Below, in pieces: positions 46,554-56,033 of a stretch of DNA of 58,366 bases. Each line of letters starts with the position of its first letter. Position 1 is the first letter of the stretch. Made by a program: the position numbers and the translations under genes. The stretch covers positions 1 to 58,366 of the forward strand of contig JAAOZP010000007.1 of the NCBI GenBank assembly GCA_011605725.1, in the 5' to 3' direction. This stretch comes from Nitrososphaerota archaeon. Lineage in GTDB: Archaea > Thermoproteota > EX4484-205 > JAAOZP01. Under the pieces are notes generated by a model. The model saw nothing but the letters and a program-made list of their open reading frames with translations. It made no database searches and was not told where the DNA came from.

Positions 46554-47918
46554 ATGGTGAAGATAACTGTTATCGGCGCGGGAAGCCTAGCTTGGTCGGC
46601 AACGCTCGTTCGGGACCTGTGTTTAACTCCGAGCCTAAAGGGATCGGTGGTTACGTTCATGGATATAAACGAGGAGAGACTTAGCCTTATACATGCTTTT
46701 GCTAAGAGATATGCTTCTGAGGTTAAGGCTAGCCTGGTTTTTGAGAAGACAAGCGACAGGAAGACAGCGTTGAGAGATTCTGACGTTGTGATAAACACTG
46801 CCATGGCTGGAGGCCACCACTACTATGAGAATATGAGAAAGGTCTCTGAGAAGCATGGCTATTACAGGGGTATCAACAGTGTCGAATGGAACATGGTTTC
46901 GGACTACCATACGATATGGGGTTACTACCAGTTTAAGCTTGCCCTAGACATCGCTAGGGACATCGAAGATTTAAGCCCAGAAGCCTGGCTTCTACAACTT
47001 GGCAACCCAGTTTTCGAGCTGACTACTCTCATAAGCAGAGAGACTAGGACGAAGACTATAGGACTCTGCCACGGGCACCTCGGATGCTTAGAGATATCCA
47101 GCACCCTGGGGCTTAATCCTAAGAATATCGATTTCGAGGCGATAGGCTTCAACCACGTTATCTGGTTAACCAGGTTTAGGTACAACGGTGAAGACGCTTA
47201 CAGTCTCATAGATGACTGGATCAGGAATAAGGCTGAACAATACTGGAAGGTGTGGCGCGAAGACCAGGTGAACCCGTTTGACATACAGATGTCCCCGGCG
47301 GCTGTCGACATGTATAGGACATACGGGCTTTTTCCAGTCGGGGATACGGTTAGAGGAGGAACTTGGAAATACCACTGGAATCTAGAGACGAAGAGGAAAT
47401 GGTACGGGTCGCTGGCTGGCCCGGACTCTGAAACAGGTTGGGAAGTATACTTGAAAATGCTGCAGTACAATTTTGACACAATAGCCTCGGCGATAAAGGA
47501 CCCGGCGCCTTTGACAAGCATACTTCCCCCACAGCTCAGCCGGGAATCAGTTGTTCCGATAATAGATTCGTTGATGAACGATAAGGAGGGAGTCTATCAG
47601 GTTAACGTTTTGAACAATGGCGTGATAAACGGCTTGCCTGACAATGTAGCTGTCGAAATGCCTGCAAGGGTTGACGGTAAAGGCGTGCACAGGATGAGGG
47701 TTGAAAGACTTCCAAGACGCATCTTGAACTATGTTCTTCACCCTAGAATGATGAGGATGGAGTGGGCTTTAGAAGCATTCTTAGAGGGCGGTAGAGATAC
47801 TCTTTTCGAATGGCTGATAACGGACCCCAGGACAAAATCCACGGACCAGGTTAACCAAGTAATAGACGATCTTCTTTCAATGCCGGAGAACTTGGAGATG
47901 GCAAAACATTTTAAATGA
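46554..47918 (+). CDS. GH4 NAD+-dependent alpha-glucosidase/alpha-glucuronidase/alpha-galactosidase
   Basis: KITVIGAGS, GNPV, GLCHG, GFNH, VEMP; likely start at the ATG 46554. Confidence 0.9.
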   Translation: MVKITVIGAGSLAWSATLVRDLCLTPSLKGSVVTFMDINEERLSLIHAFAKRYASEVKASLVFEKTSDRKTALRDSDVVINTAMAGGHHYYENMRKVSEKHGYYRGINSVEWNMVSDYHTIWGYYQFKLALDIARDIEDLSPEAWLLQLGNPVFELTTLISRETRTKTIGLCHGHLGCLEISSTLGLNPKNIDFEAIGFNHVIWLTRFRYNGEDAYSLIDDWIRNKAEQYWKVWREDQVNPFDIQMSPAAVDMYRTYGLFPVGDTVRGGTWKYHWNLETKRKWYGSLAGPDSETGWEVYLKMLQYNFDTIASAIKDPAPLTSILPPQLSRESVVPIIDSLMNDKEGVYQVNVLNNGVINGLPDNVAVEMPARVDGKGVHRMRVERLPRRILNYVLHPRMMRMEWALEAFLEGGRDTLFEWLITDPRTKSTDQVNQVIDDLLSMPENLEMAKHFK

Positions 47919-47983
47919 TTCTTCCAAAGCCTCGAACAAGGGGTTAGTCAGTATTCTGAACTACTAGTGCCCGCTGCGGGTAG

Positions 47984-48790
47984 TTATGCTAGAGCAAGTC
48001 CTTCCTTCTTCGCTTTCCTCTCAAGATAGAATGTTGATGCTTTAGCCACTAGGCCAATGCCGATTATGAATACGAATAGCATTCCCAGCTCCACCTCCAC
48101 GGGCCAAACGGTGCTGGTTCCAAGTATGAAATGGCGTGAAAGATCTATTCCATGAGTTATGGGTATGAGAAATGCGAGGATCCTTATAGGGTCCGGCATA
48201 AACTGGAGGGGAACAAACATTCCCGTGGCTATTTGAAAGAGAAAGTTAAGGATGGACATTACTGCAGAGATGTCTTTGAAAATCAGTATTGCACTGGACA
48301 TTATCACACCTATTTGACATAGGGCAAGAAAGGTTAGAAATAGTGAAACACAGGTCATTAAGAGTGCCGACGGAGAAGGTAGACTGCCGAGGAGGATGAA
48401 CGCTGTGGCAAACATGGGGATTATGCCGAAAAGCGTTCCGACGACAGCCTGGGAGAAGGATGAGGAAAGCATGTATACGTATCTTGAAACTGGTGATGCG
48501 AAAGTGTATTCTATCTGTCCTCTCGTCAATTCGTCCTTTATCTCCCAGGCTCCCCAGGTTGCAGCACCCTGGTAGTTTTGAAAAGCAACCCCGATTAGTA
48601 GAAACACGGCATAATTTGAGCTTCCTATTGATCCGAGTTTTGCAGGATCTATGATGAATCCGAATATCATGAGGCCTAGCCCCCATATGAAACTCATTAT
48701 CAATTCCACCGTGAAGTTCAGCTTGTAACGCGTTATCTCCTTTATTCTTCTCCAAACGGCCATTCTAAATATCGCTGCAATATTGCTCAT
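47984..48790 (-). CDS. ABC-2 type permease
   Basis: GQIEYTFASPVSR, TGMFVP, PITHGID.SR. Confidence 0.88.
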   Translation of the reverse strand: MSNIAAIFRMAVWRRIKEITRYKLNFTVELIMSFIWGLGLMIFGFIIDPAKLGSIGSSNYAVFLLIGVAFQNYQGAATWGAWEIKDELTRGQIEYTFASPVSRYVYMLSSSFSQAVVGTLFGIIPMFATAFILLGSLPSPSALLMTCVSLFLTFLALCQIGVIMSSAILIFKDISAVMSILNFLFQIATGMFVPLQFMPDPIRILAFLIPITHGIDLSRHFILGTSTVWPVEVELGMLFVFIIGIGLVAKASTFYLERKAKKEGLALA

Positions 48791-49797
48791 TGCGCCTCAC
48801 CTTCAACCATTATCTTGAAAGCTTCTTCAAGCGTTAGGCTCTCTATTCTTATTGCGGGCCTCTGCCCGCTGTTTTTCAGAATGTTCACGACTGCTGGCAG
48901 GGTTTCGTAAGCATCTTTACAGTAAATCCTGAGGTCAGAATTCTCCCGTTGAACACCTATAACTCCCTCTAAACGAGCCAACTGGTTTCTAACATCTTCC
49001 TGAACATTGTTCCCGTTTATCTGAATGACTTCTGTTCTAGTTACGGATTCCCTCATTTCCTCAGGAGTCCCGTCGAAAATGATCCTGCCCTTGTTCATCA
49101 TGATTACCCTGTCGCCTATCTCTTCAGCCTCCCTCATGTTGTGCGTGGTTACAATTATAGCGGCCCCCTTCGCCCGAGCATAATCCTTCAAGTATTTTCT
49201 AACTTTAGAAGCAGTAAGCGGATCAAGGGATTTAGAAGGCTCGTCCATGAACACGATCCTCGGCTGGGTGATTAAAGACCTCATTATTACGAAAGTCTGC
49301 TTCTGGCCTCCTGAGAGTGCGATGAAATACTTGTCCAGGCAATCTTTGAAATCAAATTCTCTAGCCATTTCCTCAATCCTCTTGTTGACTTCCGGCTTAC
49401 GTAACCCGTGGAAAGCAGTGGCGAAGAAAATCAGGTTCTCCCTAGCCGTCAACCTGAAGAAAGCTGATCTCTCGCTATCCTGCCCCGCGTAGCCAATTAT
49501 TCTCCTAACCTTATCAGCCTGAGAAACCACGTCGTAGCCAGCGACCAATGCTTGTCCCTCGTCAGGGAAAAGGAGGGTACTCAAAATCTTTACCAACGTA
49601 GTCTTGCCTGCCCCGTTGGGCCCTAGAAGACAGACTATTTCACCCTCCTTAACACTGAAGCTGACACCTTGAAGCGCAACCGTCTGCTTACCTCCCGACC
49701 TGTAGGTTTTCCGAAGACCCATGGCCTGAACTAGGGTTTTCCATGTTCCGGCTTCTACAGGAACCGTCTTCACCGCAAAACTCGTTTCAAAACTCAT
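48787..49797 (-). CDS. ABC transporter ATP-binding protein (DrrA-like)
   Basis: GPNGAGKT, LSGGQKQ, FMDEP, TTHNMREAE. Confidence 0.92.
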   Translation of the reverse strand: MSFETSFAVKTVPVEAGTWKTLVQAMGLRKTYRSGGKQTVALQGVSFSVKEGEIVCLLGPNGAGKTTLVKILSTLLFPDEGQALVAGYDVVSQADKVRRIIGYAGQDSERSAFFRLTARENLIFFATAFHGLRKPEVNKRIEEMAREFDFKDCLDKYFIALSGGQKQTFVIMRSLITQPRIVFMDEPSKSLDPLTASKVRKYLKDYARAKGAAIIVTTHNMREAEEIGDRVIMMNKGRIIFDGTPEEMRESVTRTEVIQINGNNVQEDVRNQLARLEGVIGVQRENSDLRIYCKDAYETLPAVVNILKNSGQRPAIRIESLTLEEAFKIMVEGEAQ

Positions 49798-50037
49798 GCT
49801 TTCATCACCATGTCTATGGGAAACATATTTAAAAATGACTCGCTGAATGTGAATTCTGAATGTAATCGCCTGAGGAGAGTTAACCCCCTGTCTTCCACGT
49901 TTTTCCTAGACATTTCAGTCAATCTGTATCCGAAACATTTTTAAGATTTTTGCAACTTTTTGCCCAAGTATCTACCCATCTTAGCTTTCCATGAGAAAGA
50001 TATGGGTGAAAAGACTGTGTTAACGACCCGGCTTAAT

Positions 50038-51450
50038 CTAAAATATTTGTCTCTCTTCTATGAGCGTTAACTCCTCATCCTTTTTAACAACTACGAATAA
50101 TGCTCCCAAAGCAGTGAAGAGGGATAGTGCCCCAGTGTATCTTGTGAGACCCGTTAGGTCAATCGTCTGAGACGCTATTTTAAATACGTAAGTAATAGGC
50201 TCGCTCTCCACTAGCCGGTAGAGTTGCCCATATAGGATCACGCTTACTGCGCGCGTCGTCAAACTTCCCTCAGCATGGTTCAGGAACCCGTCTGAGTCGT
50301 ATGTTCCACTGAAATAATGTATCATCGTATCCACGTTGACAACCCTTACTGACGAATCTGTTATTACTCTTACCGGGAGTTTAGTGCTCCAGTTGTTTAA
50401 AACTATCTCGCTGTTGGAATTAGCCTCGTTATAAAGCAATCCTGCCGCGTTCAACCTGTTTAACAATATTTTCGTAGTGTCGAGAGGCGCGCTCGCGATC
50501 TGAGACTCAAGGTTAGGCAGCTGCACACCCACGTAGTCGACGTAGGGAACATCTTCACAAGTATATTGGATTGTGGTTGACTTAATAGCGCCTTGGACAG
50601 CTAATCCTGATGAAGCATAGGCTGCTCCGGCTGAAAGCAGGGCTATGAGTATGGCTGCAATAGTCTTAGAGAAAAAACCTAAACCTCTCGTCTTCAAGTT
50701 TATGGGCGTCAAGTAGGGGAGGAGACTGTATGCTCGCATTATCTTAAGCCTTACAATCTTTTCTTTATCGACGAGTAATGGGAGTAACGCTAGTCCAGCT
50801 ACAAATCCTCCTGCGTGAGCAAATACTGCTGTGCTTCCAGCGGTCCTAGTGAAGCCGTAAATCACCTGTGTTGCAAACCAGAATATAATGTAGTAGGATG
50901 CCTTCAACCTGAAAAACATCGGGAATATTATGAAGCTCCAGCCTACTAACAGATATGTTCCGGGGTAAAGTATGAGATATACTCCTAGGATTCCGCTAAT
51001 TGCTCCGGATGCGCCGATGGCGGGAACAGTGTAGGCTGAAAGCCCCCCTATAAAGCTGAACGCGGTGTGGAATATGGAGGCGAAGACTCCTGCTACCAAG
51101 TATAACAGTAGAAACCTCAGCTTGCCTAGGGTGCTTTCAACAGCCCTACCGAAAACATAGAGGAAATACATGTTGAAGAGTATGTGGAAGAAATCCGCGT
51201 GGAGAAACATGGATGTGAAAACCCGATACCATTGAGACGGTGTTTCTGCAAGTGAGGGGATGAAGCCGCATAGGCTCACCCAGTAGTCGTTAGCCTCTAT
51301 GAAAAAGTTCTCGTAAGAGGTTAAGGCGTATATTAGAACGTTAACCAGTATTATGATTATCGTGGCTCTCGACCTAGCTTTAAAAACTGTTGGACTACCC
51401 ATAGGTATACCTAGGCTTCTAAACCCGTCGTTAGCCATTTTACTACTCAT
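50038..51450 (-). CDS. Rhomboid intramembrane serine protease with a C-terminal extracellular domain and extra TM
   Basis: TSMFLH..FHILFNM, GASGAISG, AHAGG catalytic dyad. Confidence 0.9.
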   Translation of the reverse strand: MSSKMANDGFRSLGIPMGSPTVFKARSRATIIIILVNVLIYALTSYENFFIEANDYWVSLCGFIPSLAETPSQWYRVFTSMFLHADFFHILFNMYFLYVFGRAVESTLGKLRFLLLYLVAGVFASIFHTAFSFIGGLSAYTVPAIGASGAISGILGVYLILYPGTYLLVGWSFIIFPMFFRLKASYYIIFWFATQVIYGFTRTAGSTAVFAHAGGFVAGLALLPLLVDKEKIVRLKIMRAYSLLPYLTPINLKTRGLGFFSKTIAAILIALLSAGAAYASSGLAVQGAIKSTTIQYTCEDVPYVDYVGVQLPNLESQIASAPLDTTKILLNRLNAAGLLYNEANSNSEIVLNNWSTKLPVRVITDSSVRVVNVDTMIHYFSGTYDSDGFLNHAEGSLTTRAVSVILYGQLYRLVESEPITYVFKIASQTIDLTGLTRYTGALSLFTALGALFVVVKKDEELTLIEERQIF

Positions 51451-52717
51451 ACCTTAACGCCTCAACCGGTTTAAGTTTTGCGGCTATCCACGCAGGGTAT
51501 AGTGCGAACAGCATTGTGACCGCCAAGCCGAAGACTATAGCTCCCAGTATAACGGTGGGGGTTAAAACCGGTGTTATGGTGGTGCCGTTCGAAACTACCG
51601 CTTGACCCGCCTGCCGTAAGCCGCCTGCACCACTCGAGGAACCGAATATTCTTACAACTATTTGCGCCAGGCTCCATCCCGCTCCGATGCCGATTAGAGT
51701 ACCTAGGAAACCTATTATGGCTGCCTCGCACAGGAATATCAGTAGCACTTGGCGATTCTTCATGCCCAAGGCCTTTAGAATACCTATTTCTCTCGTACGT
51801 TCCATCACGGATACGATCATGATGTTCATTATACCTATTCCTGCTACCAGGAGCGAGATTGCTGCAATTCCCGCTAGGAAGAGTTCTATCGTTGAGAAGA
51901 CGTTTGAAATTATGTTTAACACGGCTGTTGAAGAAGTCACCGTCACCCCGCTTCCTAAAGCTTCCCTAATGGCTTTCGCAGTACTGTCAATCATGGCTTT
52001 ATCATCACTTTTCAATTTAACGATTATCAGCTCGCAGGTTTCAGTCCCGAAGAAGCTTTGAGCTTTTGAAATCGGAATGTATACTCTGCTGTCTGAGGGG
52101 CCGCCTACTGTGAAACCCCCTACCTCGCGGAGAACAGCCACTACTCTGCCCGTGTACGTTTCGTTTCTAAGCGGGCGTGCAGTCGTGTTAGTCCAAATTA
52201 TCTCAAGAGTATCGCCAGTTGTGCAGAAGAGTGTCCCGTTGTTCCAAGGGTCGCTAACCTGTTTTCCAACGATGACAGCATCCTCTTCAGGGTTAAGCGG
52301 GATTTCCCCGTCTTCAGCTACGAACGTGCTGCTGTAAATATCCCTGTAGGCAACGAAGTCGACACCGATTACTGTTACTCGGCGCGTCAACCCGCTAGAT
52401 TTCACGTAACATATTCTTTGAATCACTGCAATCGAAGCCGTAACATTCTCTAATTCTCTTATTGTCTGAGCGTCTTTAACCAGCAGGTTGAATTCGTTAC
52501 CGCCGCCTAAGCCTCCTCCGGCTGAAACAATTAGGGTGTCTGTTGCAAAACCTCTTTGGAGTTGAGAGGATATTGCTGTTTGAAGCCCCTGAGTTATTGA
52601 GAGCAGCGCCACTATGGCTGCTATCCCTATTACTACGCCTAATGTTGTTAAACCGGCTCTGAGCTTCCGCAGTCTTATCGCGCTGAAAGCGTATGAAAAC
52701 ATGTCGATTATCCTCAT
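51443..52717 (-). CDS. MacB/FtsX-type ABC permease
   Basis: LTTLGVVIGIAA, GIMNIM.VSV.ERTREIGILKALG, PVEALRYE. Confidence 0.92.
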   Translation of the reverse strand: MRIIDMFSYAFSAIRLRKLRAGLTTLGVVIGIAAIVALLSITQGLQTAISSQLQRGFATDTLIVSAGGGLGGGNEFNLLVKDAQTIRELENVTASIAVIQRICYVKSSGLTRRVTVIGVDFVAYRDIYSSTFVAEDGEIPLNPEEDAVIVGKQVSDPWNNGTLFCTTGDTLEIIWTNTTARPLRNETYTGRVVAVLREVGGFTVGGPSDSRVYIPISKAQSFFGTETCELIIVKLKSDDKAMIDSTAKAIREALGSGVTVTSSTAVLNIISNVFSTIELFLAGIAAISLLVAGIGIMNIMIVSVMERTREIGILKALGMKNRQVLLIFLCEAAIIGFLGTLIGIGAGWSLAQIVVRIFGSSSGAGGLRQAGQAVVSNGTTITPVLTPTVILGAIVFGLAVTMLFALYPAWIAAKLKPVEALRYE

Positions 52718-52718
52718 T

Positions 52719-53411
52719 TCAATTCACCGTCTCACTGACGATCATACCGTCAAGCATATGGACTGTTCGCCTAGCTTCCGCGGCCAGGCGCTGATCATGA
52801 GTAACCATGATTATCGTCACTCCCTTCTCCTCGTTAAGCTTTTTTACGAGCTGCATTATTTCGAAAGCGTTCTTAGAATCTATGTTTCCAGTGGGCTCAT
52901 CCATAAGCAGGAACCTAGGGTTGTTTGCTAATGCTCTGGCAATCGCGACGCGTTGCTGCTCTCCTCCACTTAGCTCCGTCGGCTTATGGTTCATCCTGCT
53001 GGCTAAACCAACCATCTCCAAGAGTTCCTCGGCACGTTTTCCCCTCACACCTTTGCTTAAGCCAGCTATCGCCATGGGTAGTTCAACGTTCTCCTTCGCC
53101 GTGAATCTCGGAATAAGGTTGAAGAATTGGAAGACGAAACCTATTTTCATTCTTAAATCAGCAAGCTGATTATCGTTTAAGGTTGACACGTCAATGTTTT
53201 CGATGAAAAGCCTCCCGCCGGTTGGCTTGTCTAAGGCTCCTATCAGGTTTAAAAGGGTTGACTTTCCACTTCCCGAGGGCCCTAGTATTGAAAGAAACTC
53301 GCCCTCTTCAACTTCAAGGTTTACGCTGCGAAGAGCCTCAACCGGAATCTTGCCCTGCATATAGGTTTTCCTCAGGTCAACAGTTTTAATAATGGTCTTG
53401 GCCATTTTCAA
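52719..53411 (-). CDS. LolD/MacB-type ABC ATPase
   Basis: GPSGSGKST, LSGGEQQRVAIARAL, DEPTGN. Confidence 0.93.
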   Translation of the reverse strand: MKMAKTIIKTVDLRKTYMQGKIPVEALRSVNLEVEEGEFLSILGPSGSGKSTLLNLIGALDKPTGGRLFIENIDVSTLNDNQLADLRMKIGFVFQFFNLIPRFTAKENVELPMAIAGLSKGVRGKRAEELLEMVGLASRMNHKPTELSGGEQQRVAIARALANNPRFLLMDEPTGNIDSKNAFEIMQLVKKLNEEKGVTIIMVTHDQRLAAEARRTVHMLDGMIVSETVN

Positions 53412-53418
53412 CTTCAGC

Positions 53419-54378
53419 CTACTTAGATAGATACCTCCAGGAAAGCATTATTCCTATTGAGGAAAGCACGGCGGCGAAGAAACCAAGGTAGATGAAGTCT
53501 GTAATGAGCTTAGAAGGGTTTAAAGCCAGGATTGTCAACTGTCTTAAAGCATCCGTCAGATAGCTAAGCGGATTTACATAGGCTACTGCCTGCAACCAGT
53601 CCGGCATTAAAGAGATTGGGAACAAAGTGTTGCTTGCAAACATCAGCGGCATAGTGATTAAGCTTATGAATTGCATGGGTCTCTCCAACCTAGTTGACCT
53701 TATGGAGAATGCTAGAAAAACTGATGAAAGCCCTACGCTGAGCAGGAATATCGCAGCGTAAACCCCAAGTATGTTAAACAGGGTGAAGCTTGGACTCAAC
53801 TGCAATCCGAATATCATTGCGAGAAACAGGATTATCGTGGCCTGAAGCATTGCTCTTAAGGTCGCGTTAAGAACCTTTGAAAAGATTATCGCGCCACGCG
53901 GCACAGGTGTGCTTAAAACCTTGTCTAAGAACCCTAGACGCCTATCCCAAACTATAGACATTCCGCTGAACATTGTTGTGGTCATAACTATCATGGAGAT
54001 CATGCCGATGGACATGTAGCTGAAGTAATCTGTCACTCCAAAAATATTCCTCATAACGTTTGGGCCAATATCTGAAACCGTCTGCTGGATTATTTGGGAG
54101 AACATTGTGCCACTAACGTATATTATTCCGCTAGTAGGAGGAATAACGTAGCTTCCAGGTATTGGAATCTTCTCCGGAACCTGAATTTCACCAAGATTGC
54201 TTGCAGAGAACATCGCACCCAGGTTCATTGACTTCCCTAGAAGCCCCATCCAGATTAAAGGCTGGATTACGAGCATGAGAAGCATCACGGGGTCGTTTAA
54301 CCATTTTTTAAGCTCCCTGACGGTTAAAGCCCATAGGCCGCGGATAAGGCTCGGATGATACTCGTTTACACTGCTCAT
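53419..54378 (-). CDS. ABC-2 type permease (DrrB-like)
   Basis: WDRRLGFLDKVLSTPVPR, FAS..LFP, NPLSY..DA.R. Confidence 0.9.
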   Translation of the reverse strand: MSSVNEYHPSLIRGLWALTVRELKKWLNDPVMLLMLVIQPLIWMGLLGKSMNLGAMFSASNLGEIQVPEKIPIPGSYVIPPTSGIIYVSGTMFSQIIQQTVSDIGPNVMRNIFGVTDYFSYMSIGMISMIVMTTTMFSGMSIVWDRRLGFLDKVLSTPVPRGAIIFSKVLNATLRAMLQATIILFLAMIFGLQLSPSFTLFNILGVYAAIFLLSVGLSSVFLAFSIRSTRLERPMQFISLITMPLMFASNTLFPISLMPDWLQAVAYVNPLSYLTDALRQLTILALNPSKLITDFIYLGFFAAVLSSIGIMLSWRYLSK

Positions 54379-55379
54379 CTCGCCCTCGCCCTCCTGATCG
54401 TCATCCTATGTGCTCGAAAAGCCTCTTTAGACTCCTCCGTGTCACGCATAGACCTGCCTGTGTACTCTAGGTAAACATCGTTTAAAGTTGGCTCTGTAAG
54501 CGAAAGCCTGGTCACGGTATAACCGTTCCTCCTGAGGGCCTCGATTACCAGCGGGGCCGTTAACTCCCCTGATTCCACCTTAATCCTATAGGAACCATTC
54601 TCATTCTTAACCTCCTTAACGTTTTCAATGCTACGGATTATGTTGCTGATGTCAGCATCTTCCTTTATGCTTATCGTTATGATGTCGCCGCCTAAACTAT
54701 GTTTCAATTCTTCAGGGTCTCCAGCTACAATGATTTTTCCATAGTCGATTATCGCTATACGATCACATAGAGTGTCAGCCTCCTCCAGATAATGCGTCGT
54801 CATGAAAACAGTCATATCGTATTCCTCTTTCAAACGTTTAATGTAGTTCCATGTCGCAGTCCTGGTTTGAACGTCTAAACCGAGTGTCGGCTCATCTAGG
54901 AAAAGAACCCTCGGCCTGTTTATCAACCCGCATGCAAGCTCGAGCCTCCGCCTCATTCCTCCAGAATAAGTTTCAACCCTCTTGTCTTTGAAGTCGGTGA
55001 GCTCAACGAGCTCCAGCAGTTCAACAGCCCTCTTTCTCGAGACCTCGCGCGGAATACCGTATAGGTCTCCGCATAGAATTATGTTCTCATAGCCTGTTAA
55101 ATCCTCGTCTGCCGTATACTCCTGTGGGACAACACCTATGACTCTCCTAACCTCGTTAGCCTGCTTCACAACGTCATATCCCAGAACGGATGCTGTTCCT
55201 TCAGTAGGTTTTAAAACAGTTATCAGCATGTTTATGGTGGTTGTTTTGCCAGCGCCATTGGGGCCGAGGAAACCAAAGATTTCGCCATGCTTAACGCTGA
55301 AGCTCACATGGTCGACTGCAACCAGATTCCTGTTGAAAACCTTAGTAAGTCCTCTAGCCACTATGACTTCCTCAGTCAT
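54375..55379 (-). CDS. DrrA-like ABC ATPase
   Basis: GPNGAGKTT, YSGGMRRRLE, DEPTLGLD, TTHYLEEAD. Confidence 0.93.
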   Translation of the reverse strand: MTEEVIVARGLTKVFNRNLVAVDHVSFSVKHGEIFGFLGPNGAGKTTTINMLITVLKPTEGTASVLGYDVVKQANEVRRVIGVVPQEYTADEDLTGYENIILCGDLYGIPREVSRKRAVELLELVELTDFKDKRVETYSGGMRRRLELACGLINRPRVLFLDEPTLGLDVQTRTATWNYIKRLKEEYDMTVFMTTHYLEEADTLCDRIAIIDYGKIIVAGDPEELKHSLGGDIITISIKEDADISNIIRSIENVKEVKNENGSYRIKVESGELTAPLVIEALRRNGYTVTRLSLTEPTLNDVYLEYTGRSMRDTEESKEAFRAHRMTIRRARAR

Positions 55380-55386
55380 TCTGAAC

Positions 55387-55920
55387 CTACCCCTTAATCT
55401 TCCTGTTTAATTCCCCTATTTTCTCAGCTGCTTCCTCAAACACCCTGCCGGCTTCCGCAATATCCTCCTTCGTCGCCTTGTCTCTCGAAAGAATCATGAA
55501 ATCTCTGAAGGCTGTGAAAAGACGTTTAATGGGTTCGTGAAGCTCCCTCAACCTGTCTTCTGAAAAACTTCCTGCAAAAGGAGGTGGGATAAGAAGGGGG
55601 AAAGAAACCATTCTTTCGACAAGCCTCTCCCTTATCTTGCTTTTCTCCTCAAGAAGCTTCCTGCCCTTGTCAGTCAACTCGTAACGTTTAATCCCATTCT
55701 CATCCCTGGGAAGGGCCTTTACAAACCCTTTTTCCTGTAGCCATGTGAGCATAGGGTAGATTGAGCCTGGGCTTGGCCTCCAAGCCCCATGGGTCTCCTC
55801 TTCTATCCTGTCCATTATTTCTGAGCCTGACATTGGTTTCTCGCTCAGCATTTCTAAAACTCGATACCTGAGAAGGCCTTTCGGCACGAATGCTGTGTGT
55901 CTCATCCAGTGTCTGAACAT
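55387..55920 (-). CDS. PadR family transcriptional regulator
   Basis: PMSGSEIM, WRPSPGSIYP, YELTDKG. Confidence 0.9.
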   Translation of the reverse strand: MFRHWMRHTAFVPKGLLRYRVLEMLSEKPMSGSEIMDRIEEETHGAWRPSPGSIYPMLTWLQEKGFVKALPRDENGIKRYELTDKGRKLLEEKSKIRERLVERMVSFPLLIPPPFAGSFSEDRLRELHEPIKRLFTAFRDFMILSRDKATKEDIAEAGRVFEEAAEKIGELNRKIKG

Positions 55921-55951
55921 ATCGGTGTCGATATCGATAGTGATATTTAAA
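55919..55951 (-). promoter_or_regulatory. Putative PadR operator (tandem inverted repeats) overlapping a leaderless promoter
   Basis: ATATCG-GTGT-CGATAT (55919-55934) overlaps ATATC-GATAGT-GATAT (55931-55946). Both lie between a minus-strand TTTAAATA box (55951-55944) and the padR ATG. Confidence 0.6.
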
Positions 55952-56033
55952 CTTTATCCAAATATGACTTAAAGCGTTTTCCAATGGGAAACATAGTTAA
56001 AACATATAAAAATCCTGGAAAACAAACTACTTC

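Noticed and set aside
1547-50492. GCGCGC 6-7-mers inside intact genes (1547, 13817, 50249, 50487)
   Set aside because: There is no visible disruption, and a few 6-mers are expected by chance.
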